The notes below the pieces were generated by a model that saw nothing but the letters and a program-made list of their open reading frames with translations, had not been told where the DNA came from and did not search any database. This document shows, in pieces, positions 38,568 to 50,539 of a DNA stretch of 64,000 nucleotides; position 1 is the stretch's first letter, and each line of letters starts with the position of its first letter. The stretch lies in the NCBI GenBank assembly GCA_001643675.2, contig LSRY02000036.1, forward strand, positions 186,001 to 250,000, in the 5' to 3' direction. Position numbers and translations under genes: made by a program. This DNA is from Monocercomonoides exilis PA203 (lineage: Eukaryota; Protista; Preaxostyla).

Positions 38568-40946
38568 TGATCAAATGTGGCGACTGACCCATAGATTGTG
38601 GCGTCTCTCAAACAAGAGAAGGAATTGATGAAGCACTTTCTTTTTTAAGAAATTGATGAGTTGTTTTGAATAGCATAAACTATTATCTATATATTTTTAT
38701 ATTCTTTTTTTTTTACAAACAATTTTTTCGTGATATTTTCACATTTCATTTTTTTAACAACATTCTGACATAAAACCGATTATTTCTTTGTTTATATAAT
38801 GAAATGATAAAAATAAAAATATGACATGAAAAACAAATACATTATTAATAATGAAGTGTTGAAAAAATAAAACATTCTCATTTTCTATTTGTCAAGAATT
38901 TAACTTTGTAACAAAAGTTTAATCGAAGATCAAAAACAATTTGAACAATTTGGCTATTCAAGATAAATAAAAAAAAACAATGTTTCATTTTTTCAACACA
39001 TTATTAATAATGTATTTGTTTTTCATATCAAATTTTTGTTTTTATCATTTCATTATATAAACAAAGAAATAATCGGTTTTATGTCAGAATGTTGTTAATA
39101 AAATGAAATGTGAAAATATCACGAAAAAATTGTTTGTAAAAAAAAAAGAATATAAAAATATATAGATAATAGTTTATGCTATTCAAAACAACTCATCAAT
39201 TTCTTGTGAGATGCCTGGTTGGCTGGTAAAAGTCCTTTCAAATTTAACAATAAAACGTAATTTCTCAATGTGTAATAAGCAAAAATTAAAAAACAAACTG
39301 TAAATAAATTGTGTTAAACTTGTAAAAAAGGTTTTTTGAAGTACTGAAAGCCAATCAACGTTTGTTGAAAGTTGGCAGTCAAAAACAAAAAAAGTGCCAA
39401 TAAGGGAAAAAGTCCCATTAAAAAGTTGACCCTGACCCAATTAAATATGAGGAAATTTCCAATCAAGTTTTTGAAAGAAAAAAAAGGAGTGTGAAACACT
39501 CTGTCAGAGGAGATGTTGAAATGAAAAAGTTAGGTGAAAATATAAATTTTTCAGTTGCTTGTTAAAACATTTTTCCTTTTGATAGTTGTTTCGTTTTTGA
39601 AGCATCGTGGAAAGATGCTTTTCTTTCTCTTTTTTATAACTTTGTTCAACAATTTGAAAAACTGTTTCCAACGTCGTATTGAAAACCTTTCCTTTGCTCA
39701 CACAAGAAATATGAAAGAAGAGGAAGAGAGACTAATTGTTTTATGAGGACATTAAAATATTCCCAGCAGTGACAATCCTCATTTAAATGAATGGATAACG
39801 CTGAATTTTATATGGAAATGTCTACAATAATTATTTCAATATCCCTCTGTTGTTTGTCTTTCAAAAATGAAACACATGTCTTTCTTCTTTTTCTTTTCGA
39901 TTCATCGGATAATGAAATATTCTCTCAGAAAATCCTCTGAGCTTCCTATGAGTAAGCGCACTGAATCAACATTGTTGGTAAAAGAAAACAACATTCATAG
40001 ACGGTTTTTTTTTTACAAAAAATTCCGCAAACTGAAAGGAATAATCTATATGATATGAATTGAATTGTTCAAAGAATAAGCATCGTCATTGAATGTTATT
40101 TTTCAAATATTGAATGATTCATTCAACGAGTTTGCATGATTTTGCATTTAAACCTCTACAGAATTCATCCACTGGCTGTTGTATCAATCATTCAATATTT
40201 CAAGATACCCTGTGAAATTAAATTTTGGACAAACCTTTTGAAGTTTGACACTTGCAAACCGTTGAACAGAATTATTCGCAATCAGTTAAACTCGATAAAA
40301 AAATATAGCAACCATGAAAGTGTTGCAATGCATTAAAATTTTTTGTGGTTTGAATATTTTCTCGTTTTTGTTCAATTGGAAAAGTAACATATCTCACAGA
40401 AATTCAAATTTCTTTCAAGAAAAATGTGGATCAGAATAAAAATATTTGTGATATAAACATCAAAAGACACGAAAATCTAAACTTTGATATAATGAATTCT
40501 TGAAAATCGCAAAAATGTTTTTCACGATGTTTCTTCATTCTTTTGTTGTCAAACAATTAATCCATATACCTAAAAAAGTTATAAAACAAAGATTGTTTTC
40601 ACTTGTTTCAAAATTGTGTTATTCTGCAATTAGCAGAATTTCATATTTTCAAAAACGATATGATAGTGGAAAAAATAATTATGTTTCAAGGAAAATGAAA
40701 AACGAAAACGGAATGAAAACAAAACAAATGGATCTTATCCATCATCCGAGAAAATAGTTTAAAGCAATCATTTGTGGCAACCAGACACAAAATTGCATGT
40801 GTAATAAACTACAAAATACAAAAAATAAAAATCTATAGAAACAAAATCTTGCGTTTATTTGAAAATAAAACTTAACTTGAAAAAAAAAGGACTTGCATCT
40901 TTATTATTTGCGTTTTATCACAAATAGATATTTGTTTGTGAGAAAA

Positions 40947-43349
40947 TTAAACTTTTGCTGATTCATCTGAGGAATTCCCGTTGTTTTCTTCTTGTATTGT
41001 CATTTCCCTTTCAGAAGACTGATTTGATGATTGTGAAGTATTTTCAGTTGGAAGTCGAACCATCGGCTCAGTAGCAGCTTCTGGTCTTTCTGGTTGAAAT
41101 CTATTCGCTTGTCTCTCCAAGTATAAAACAGAAGACTGATGAATGTTTTTCCCTCTATTTTCTATTTTTTCCATACACTTATTCACACTCTCTTCGATCT
41201 CATTGTTCATGAATGCAAATGGATCTGTCAAATCTCGATTAATTTCAACAAAACCTTGATCTTTATGATCATCATATTCTTTTTTTGTCAGCCGGCAAAT
41301 CAAAATTGAGTTCACTGCAGTCATAAATGTGTCAATGATTATAGATTCATTCAAGTAATTAAAAATTAGTGATTCACCGAATAAAATACTCCACACAGGA
41401 TAATCCACTGGGTCAGAAAGTCCAAAAAAGTCAGGCCTCCAAATTAGCAAACAAACAATGTTAGCAACCAAAGTGATTGACCACTTAATACTTTTCTTTA
41501 ATGAAGATGCAATTATGTCAAAAGTGATGACTGAATCAATATTTCTCACAATAAGGCACATTGTATCTTTTGAAGATTCAATAAAAGGTTTTCCTTCAAT
41601 GCAAGACATTGCATAAATCCTTTCACATTCAGCTTCAACAAAATCAGACGGTTTTGATCCTATTAATTTCACGATCATTGCTACTAAAAACAACGCTAAT
41701 GCAACTGCATAGAAGAATACAGCATAAAATTTCATTGCGAATCTGAACAGACACATGCAGCACGATGCAACGAATCCTGAGTCTTCTTCTTCCTCTTCAA
41801 CATTGTTTTGCTTTTTATTTGGCTTTGAACAATAGTTGAAAAAGTTTCCAACCAAAGAGAAAGCAAATGCAAAGGTGCCAATTGATTTTGCGATATCTTC
41901 CAAAGCTTCATTTAAATAATCAAGAAAGCTTCCAAAAGCAACGGCTCCGATACTTTTAGATAACGTGTATTTAATAGCATGCAGAATGGGCCATTTTCTC
42001 TTATTTGGATCTCCTTCTGAATAATACCATTCCACTGTCGTTGCAGCAATAATTGCTTTGTTTAAATGCTCAATAAATGATTCGAACCAAACGGCAAAAA
42101 TATTGGCAAAGATTAACAAAATGAAATTTATTATCGTTAAGGCATTAAACCCAATATTAAAGTAAATTCTGAACATGCACTGATAATAAACAATACTGAC
42201 ATATGATGAAAGCCAACCTACAACTATTGAAATAATAGCAAGTATAATGACAACCAAAAGCAATCCAGCTCTATCTTTGATTGCTTTTGCTGCTTCTTTA
42301 AACATTTCAGAAACAATGCTAACATTCTCGTTATTAATGATAAGCATCACCAAAAGAAAAATAAAGAATACTGCTGAAATCGCACCTGAAACATACATGA
42401 CTGCATCATCATAGTTTGAAAACGTATCGTTGTGTGATTTTTTGGATTGAAAAGCTGCAATTACAATGAAGCCAATCCCCGAAAGTAAATCCACAATTAC
42501 ACTCACCCACACAGAAGCGCGCAGACAACTAGATGCACATCGACACATGCATAATATCCACAATAATGATACAACAGTGACGATTGAATATCCAACAAGA
42601 ACGACCCAGACTTTGCTGACTAAATCAATATCTTCCGTAAGTATATCTTTTTTATCATCTTTTCGCTTTGAGGCAACTTGCATTCTTTGGTTTTTGTCAA
42701 TGATCTCAAAATTGTGATTTTGATGGCAAGAGATATTGTAAGAATTATCAACATCAATGGAAAAGAAATTTTTCTGCTTGCTCGTGTTTGTAATTCCAGA
42801 ATTATTTGCATCTTCTTCTATAGTTTTAAGCAAATAAGCAGTTGTTAAGTTTTGCTCGCTTTTTAAAGTTAAGTGTGAATTCATATTTATCTGTTGCAAA
42901 TCGTTGTTTTCAAAGTTATAACTATTATCAGATTGCTTTCTTTATAAATTAAACCTCTCAGTTTTGATACGAAATAAAAAATTGGTCACACTCTGGAAGA
43001 ATAAAATCTGAGAATGATAGATTTCCAGCCACAAATGAAACAATAATAAAGGCAATGAACAGCAAAGCGAAGACCATTAACGCAATGCAACATGGAATGT
43101 TGAGACATTTTCTATCAGAATAGTCTAGTTTCCCATTTGTCATTGTCATTGTCACTCTCCTATTATCTTCTTATATGAAAAATTTGTTTTGATAACATAA
43201 TAGGAAAAAAATGATTCAAAATGTGAACTGTTGTTCAAACCCTCTTGTTCATCAAACATATCAGACATCCAATCTTTTTTGACAATACTAGGCACTCCAG
43301 GAATCAAATCAAGTGCCACTGATGCAGCGGTACTTAAGCAACAACCCAT
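40947..43349 (-). CDS. Choline transporter-like (CTL/SLC44) multi-pass membrane protein
   Basis: DRKCLNIPCCIALMVF, multiple TM helices, EWYY, SIGAVAFGSFL, IEGKPFIESSK...IVRN; two 5' introns (boundaries not fully resolved); TAA 40947. Confidence 0.82.
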
Positions 43350-43474
43350 GGTTAAAGTGCGATCTGGCTTTTCAAAAGATCGAAAACTCCCATATAATGC
43401 AAAATAAAATATAACTATTACATAATAATAAATTGAGATGAATCAATTTTTTATTTGTTCCCAGTTTTTTTAAT

Positions 43475-44393
43475 AAATTAGCAAAAAATATATGTATTCA
43501 CATATTGCTTCAAACAGAAGCTTGAATTCAATGAGTGTTGTTCACAAACAAATATATCATAATTTTAAGACTGCACATTTTGAGTATTTGACAATTTTTT
43601 CTTCAAAAAATGATTCGAATTTTTTTGTTTTATTTTTTGATCAACGTTTTGCTCAAATTTCCACTAGATTTCGACATTGAGAGTTCTACTTGTTAGCATT
43701 GCTTTAACACTTTCATTTTTAATGTTTTTAATAATTTAAAAACTTTGAGAACTCTATTGTTTCAATAGTTTAAACACTTCATCGAATTTTTATAAAACTT
43801 AATTATCTGCAAAGGATACAGTATTTTCTGAGATTTCTAATGTTTTATGGAAATATTATTTATTTAAAAAAACAATTAAGATGATAAATAATAGAAACAA
43901 TAAGTATTTGACACGAAAATTGTGAAAGATGACATTATGTTTTAAATGCATAACTTGTTATTTATAAAAATATAAATTTTTGTGCTAAGATATATGATAT
44001 AATACTCTTCAATCCATGAATAAAATATATGAAATCTCAGAAAATACTGTATCCTTTGCAGATAATTAAGTTTTATAAAAATTCGATGAAGTGTTTAAAC
44101 TATTGAAACAATAGAGTTCTCAAAGTTTTTAAATTATTAAAAACATTAAAAATGAAAGTGTTAAAGCAATGCTAACAAGTAGAACTCTCAATGTCGAAAT
44201 CTAGTGGAAATTTGAGCAAAACGTTGATCAAAAAATAAAACAAAAAAATTCGAATCATTTTTTGAAGAAAAAATTGTCAAATACTCAAAATGTGCAGTCT
44301 TAAAATTATGATATATTTGTTTGTGAACAACACTCATTGAATTCAAGCTTCTGTTTGAAGCAATATGTGAATATATATATTTTTTGCTAATTT
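43475..44393. mobile_element. Foldback/MITE with near-perfect 363-bp inverted arms
   Basis: 43475..43837 versus 44031..44393; I see only one mismatch; 193-bp spacer; TSD not resolved. Confidence 0.85.
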
Positions 44394-44579
44394 TTTAAAT
44401 TGAACTCGAGAAAAAAAAATTTTTTTTTTTTTTTTTGATTTTTCAATATTAATTGATTATTATTTATTCGAATTTTATCAAACACATATGAATTGATTCA
44501 ATAGATTCAAATTTGACACAATCTCTTTTGTGATCAAGAAACGAAATTTACTAAGTTCGAATTCAAAATGATGTGTGTT

Positions 44580-44928
44580 TTCAATAACTGTGGACAGTTG
44601 AATTGCCTCAACAACATTTGATAGTTATATTTCGAAAATTTTCTCAGTTGTTCCCTCAATAAATACAAACTCATAAGAATTATTTTCGTATCTCATCCAA
44701 CGCCTCGACAGTTCAAATAAATAATATTTCTTTTCAGAAGAATTCTGAGAAAACAGATTCTTCTTGTTTTTCCGAAATTTGAAATGTTTCATTATTTATT
44801 CGATGGAGCAAGTTGTTTCATTTGTGTGAATCACATATGTTTGCATTTATTGAGAGAATAACTGAGATTTTGTTAAAATACATCTATCAACGATTGTTGA
44901 GAAAAAACCACTTTTCTCAATTATTGAA
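44580..44928. repeat. Old diverged foldback element
   Basis: TTCAATAA..CTCAACAA..GATAG..TCTCAGTT..CTCAATAAATACAAAC is mirrored at 44830..44928. Confidence 0.6.
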
Positions 44929-45270
44929 AGAGTCTAACATTATGAACACTAACTATGAACAAAAAGTTTAATGTTTTTTTAAATTATGATTTGATTTTTG
45001 AAATAATAGCAAATGTGAAATATAAAGGAAATTTTGCAATTGACTTTTTTGGTTCCTTTGTTAGGAGCAACAAATTGTGAATTCATATTAAATACGCAAT
45101 TTTTTTTACATCGTATATTTTTTTTTTATCTCAAAAAAAAATTAAACTTCGCTTATATTTTGTGTTAGCAATTGCTAACAATTTTGACTGAATTTTCGCG
45201 TTCAACAAAAATTTTTACAAAAAATGGTTATCTGATAACATTTAACTTTTTTAATAAAGCTACTGTGACT

Positions 45271-45460
45271 TTCAAAATAGGCAAAAACTTTCCTAATGAT
45301 TGGAAAGAAGCCTTTTCTCAGCAGTAAATGAATGCTGAATTTCAATCTTTTCCTTCATTATTCGAAAGATGAATGTGTGAAAAGATTGAAATTCTGCATT
45401 CATTTACTGCTGAGAAAAGGCTTCTGTCCATCCATTTGGAAAGTATTTGCCTTTTTCGAA
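45271..45460. repeat. ~190-bp hairpin/foldback repeat
   Basis: AGAAGCCTTTTCTCAGCAGTAAATGAATGC at 45306 and its exact reverse complement ending at 45425, extending outward with few mismatches. Confidence 0.8.
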
Positions 45461-45759
45461 AATCATTCTATTTGTTTCATTGCGACGCTCATTATATTTA
45501 TTTATATACATTGGTTATTATTTTTGTAATCCTTTTTTTTCTATCAATATTTTCAGTTTGAAAATTTCCCTTGAATGTTTACAAATGAACTCTGAAAAGC
45601 TAACAGGCATATCAATACTTCTTAATTTTTATATCAGCTCATGCATTTGCTTTTGAGACAGTAGTGATTATTTATGCGCTCAAATGGAAAATTTCTTCCC
45701 AAAGGGAAACAATCTTAGAATAATAAATACACCGAAAAAAGTTATGATTTCAAAAAGAA

Positions 45760-47470
45760 TCACCCATATCCATCTCAGACACGTGAAAACTTGCTTGGGA
45801 GCTTTCTCACTCTTCTCTTTGTTGATGATAAAACCCAACGTTCCGAACCACTGAGAAATCTCTAGAATAATTCTTGAAAGCTCTTGTGCGTCTTGGTGAT
45901 GGAGGAGCATCTCGTCGAGATTCGAAACACAGTGAACGTTCCATCTCTGTCTCACTTTCTTCACAACATCTCGCATCACCTTTGCAAAGATGTGAGGAGC
46001 ATCTTTCATTCCGAATGGCATGCCTTCGAATGCGAAGTACTTGTCGCCGAGCTTGAATGCAAGGAAATGGATGAACGATTCGTTCACTGGAATCTGGAAA
46101 TATGCTTACGAAAGGTCTAATGATGTTGCAAAGTCTCACTCTTGAAGAAGCTTCTCCACAGTGCGTTGGTTTTCCATCTTGAAGTGAGTGTTCTTCAACA
46201 CGGCATTCAGCGGGTGACAGTCCAAGACTTGGCGGTATTTTCCGTTCTTCTTGGGGATGAAGAACAGGTTGCTAAGACATTTGACTTCTGCTTTCTTCAG
46301 TTCCCTGAGAATTCTGGCTTGATCTCCTTCCAAAAGGCAGCACGATAATTCTTCTTGCTCTTTCTCTGTGCCGATGAATCCTTTTCCAGCAGCAACTTCT
46401 TTTTCTTGTTTTTCACTTTCCTGCTTCACTTTCCAATCCGGCTTGATTCCGATGGAAATTATTCTCTTCACTGGCATGTCTATCGAAGCATGGAGGAAGA
46501 ATTTCGATCTTCCTCCGATGACTTCCTTTGTTTTTCCAACTGTGAGGACTTCCTCCCGACAGAGCGGCTTCTGAACCTGCTTGTGCTCATGTTTCGTCTT
46601 CGATTCCATTCGCTTCCTAGTCATTTGTTGGGCTTTGCATAATTCTCTCCCAGAAAAAACCTCCTTCTCTGTGATATTCTCCCACGCGAACGGCCTCCGA
46701 TGCTGCTCCTGTATGTGGATATCGGTTGTGCTCGTTTAATAACTTCTTTTTGGTAATCTGTATACAAAGGATACTCAATTTTTTTCTCTTTTAACTTTCA
46801 CTGAAATCAATCCCTGACTTCCTGCAATTCTTTTAATTCCACTTTCCCACAATGATACCGTTAAAAAAGAAAGAGCATCCTCAATTGGAATTCTCGAGTC
46901 TTCGCGTGCTGAGTCTCCCACAAATTGAAAGGACTTAATGGTCTGGAAGGGCTTCTTTTCAATTCGTTCCCCCACTTGACACAGTGCATCCAACGCCCAC
47001 TTGGCTGTAAATTCGTGCTTACGAATTGACGAAGGGATGAACGGAGCCAGGGGAATGGAATTATAGAATTCGATCGTTTCTGCTACATCCCTCTTGTCTA
47101 TTGGGATGTCAAAAATTTTATAAGATAAGACGCTGCCAAAGAAATCTGCTGCCTCTCGTTCCAGGATAACTTGCATTCTATCTTCTTGGTCATAGCGACA
47201 TTCTTCACCTTGGGATTGTGAAGACTGCGGAATCGTTGAAAAAGGTTCCGGTTGAGTTATTTGCGAATTGAAACAAGGAGAATGAACTTAATTTTCTTGG
47301 GATGTCGCAGAAGCACTGGAGGTGGATGTGAAAATTGCCCCACCGCTCGTTGTCCCGGCGGCCTGAATTCCAGACATCGCTCACAAAGCGAGTCCAATTA
47401 TGCTTTGCGGGATCATTAAATAAAAAAATTTTTGATTGACTAGCCCCGTTATTACAAGAGTCTGCTCCCA
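45760..47470 (-). mobile_element. Truncated DIRS-like remnant: gag plus reverse transcriptase (degenerate)
   Basis: IGGRS pol start, LFFIPKKNGKYRQVLDCHPLN, HFKMEN, FEGMPFGMKDAP, SNLDEML (decayed YLDD), GFIINKEKS; no RNase H or YR downstream. Confidence 0.85.
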
Positions 47471-50400
47471 TAACAAGAGGTGTTGTAGATTAATCTGTGG
47501 TTCTTTAGTATTTATAGGCTTGCGCAATTTAATCGAATATCATTATAACACATTTTATTTATATTTTTTTTGTTTGATAAAAAGTGAATTTTTGATGTGA
47601 AAGAAAGACAAAAAAGATTGTTGTTTGAGATATTTCTTTTCTGTGTTCATTAACAAGCATTCGTAGTGAATGAAAAAACCGAAATAACTATCAATATTTA
47701 ATGATTACAAAAATAATTACACATATTAAATTTATATTCAAAAAAAAACTTGGAATTTTCAAAGTGAAAAATTGTTGACTGATGTGTGGAATTTTTTTCT
47801 TCACATCACCCAGAGTCACTCTTATGATGATATTTTAACGTTTTATCTTTCAAATTATCAATAAAAAAATTGAAAAACTGGAATAATAGTGATGTTGCAA
47901 ACCCGCATTTGCATAAATCCACTCATTAAGGCTTTGATGACAGCTCAGACTAAACATATTTGAAAAATTTATACAAATTTTTTAAAAAACATTTCTTGAT
48001 AAGAAATAAAAATCTTATAAAAAAATATTTCATGTTGAGTCAGCTTTGATCTTTTTATTTGAGCTTTTCTTTTGACGCAACACTCTTATGTTTTTATATC
48101 TAATTAACTACACCAAAAATAATACAACATCGAAAATTATTATTCAAAATCGAAAAAGTTTAATTAGAAATCGAAAATATTTCATTCTACATCGAAAATT
48201 CTTTATCATCAAAAAAATTAGAAAAATTAATAAAAATTCAAACTCATGTCAGTTTCTTTTCTTTCAGTTATTGATCTGAGAAATTAGGTGATTTTTTTTG
48301 ATATCATAAAAATTTACGAAGGTTGATCAAAATATTTTTTCGTTAAGGGTTTGGTTAATAAGAAAATATTTCCAAAAAAATTTGCGAAAATATGCAATAA
48401 TATATTATTATAATAATTAATTTGTTGATTTTAAATTTATTAAAATTGTTTTTATTACAAATTTTGAAAAAAACTTAGAAAAACTATTCAAAAAATTTCG
48501 AAAATTTGATTATCAAAAAAAAAAGTTCACTGGTTTGTTAAACATGAAAACAATTACAACAATATGCTATTAATTAATTTTTAGAATAAAATTTGTTTAA
48601 TGATGTTATTGGAAATAATTTCTTTAAAAATTTTTGTTGAAGATCAAAAAACGTTTGTCAAAAACAAACAATTTTAAAAACAAACAGACAAAAACATGAT
48701 TGAAAGCTAGATATTTTTCTAATAAACAACGCTTTGTTGTTAATTATTGTTAAAAAACATTAATTCTTAAAACTTGTTTTTTTATTAATTGATCACACAA
48801 AGTTTAAAAAATTGCAATGAAATAATGAATAAATAAAAGGAAATTGGGGAATTTTCACTTTTTTTCTAAAAAAGCTTCAGCACCACAACCATACTCATTT
48901 CTTCTTCCTCCTCTTCTTCAAATATTCTCATTTTTCATCTTTTTCTTTTTGGCTTCGCATTCTGTTGCTTCAACGACTCCAAAGATCTCACATTCTCAAT
49001 GTTATCTGTTCTTCTCTTTTTCATCTTATTCCTTTATCTTTGCCAACTCAGTTGAATTTCCTGACAGAGATCCTTCTGCTTTTCAGTCAAGAAAGAAGTT
49101 AGCAAGTTTGTGGCGCAACAACGAATCTTCAGCAGAATGCTTTTCTCCTTTCTCTTCCAACATTTCTTGCTCCTGACGTAAATGATGAGTCAGCCAGAGA
49201 ATTATCCTCCGTAACTGAGCATCAAACCGGCAACATTGTATGTTCCACCTCTATCAATGCATTTTTTTCTTATTCTCCAGAAAATTGAACAAAGCAAGGT
49301 GAATCTGTTGTTTCGTCTCTGGCGCTATTTTGAAGGCTATTGTTTGACCTGTTAAGTGAGCATGGATATCTTTCTTCGTTGTTTCAGCATTCATGCCCAA
49401 AACAATGAGTTCCTCTTTTTTCTCGACTTCACCTATCCTTCTCTTGCTACAAACACCTCCATCTGTAGCTCCGACTCCTCATAGTCCGGCCTTGACCTCG
49501 ATGTGGATATCTTCTTCCTCCCCTTCATCACCTTCGAACGCTCCAACCAGATATAAGTCTACCAAGAAGCCTGCTCCTCCGCCCGTCAGTGCGGCTCCCC
49601 GCTTGCCTCCTCCCTATTTTCTCCAGCCGATTTGTCCACACTCCTCAACTCTACACTCCTTTGTTTTTACCGAGACATACTTCTCCTCTCCAATGAACCT
49701 ATCCATTCCTTCCACATCTTTCAGTACGCTCTTGTACTCTCCCTGATTCCTATTTCTTTTTCTCCAACATCAACCTCTCCACGCTCAATGCTGCCTCGCC
49801 AGTTCTCGTGTTCGACGATGGCTCCAGCTGCTCCCTCGAGCATCTCATTTCCGCAGATCTCACCATTGGAGGTTTCAGGGTTGTTATTCTCATCTCATTG
49901 TGTTAAATCAGTCAAAAAGTTTCTTCTACATAATGTTCTCCTTCTTCACCACTATTTCTTTCGATAAGCTCAGAGGCGAACAACTGTGAACATATCGACA
50001 GCCACTTGTTCACCTGCAACTGATCAGCCCTTCCCGAATAACACCTTTGCCCACAACAGCATCATCTGCTATGATGCCTGTGAGCTTAACATTGCCTCGC
50101 TATGACAAAGCGAGTGCGTGCTTTCTGTCACTTCCAAGTGGCTTCCCAACCACGGATAAGCTCTTCGAAGTATCACCTTTTTAATCCCTTCCCTGCTGTT
50201 TGTTGCTGTGCTTAAGGACACTCATGAAAAAGAAGCAGCTGACGGAATGATTCAGATAAATAACAATTGATTATTTCTCCGTTTAAGCGTTCTTTTACTG
50301 CTCGTTGAAATCTTCTCTTCCAACTTCTCTCCTTTTCCATATTACATTTTTTTCTTTTTAAATCTCTTCAATTTTTTAAATCCAAATTACATTCATAATA

Positions 50401-50539
50401 TTCTGTCTTTAATAAATTTATCTTTCTCTTTATCTTCATTCTCTTCATTCACAAAACAATCATCTTTTCATCTTCAACCAGTTTCTTTTCTTCATAAATT
50501 CCATTTTTTTTATTTATGCTATTATCACTTATGAAGATG

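Larger units (their letters stand above)
35485..38646 (-). mobile_element. DIRS-like tyrosine-recombinase retrotransposon, RT-deleted, 43-bp ITRs
   Basis: ITRs 35485..35527 and 38604..38646 (1 mismatch); gag-like ORF, pol N-terminus, RNase H end plus methyltransferase-like domain, YR. Confidence 0.88.
34698..39432. mobile_element. Palindromic long-TIR MITE (GGGTCAACT...AGTTGACCC) whose 559-bp core is duplicated on both sides of a DIRS element
   Basis: Outer arms 34698..34925 and 39206..39432 are diverged inverted repeats. Core 34926..35484 recurs directly at 38647..39205, and each core is itself an inverted repeat. Confidence 0.85.
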
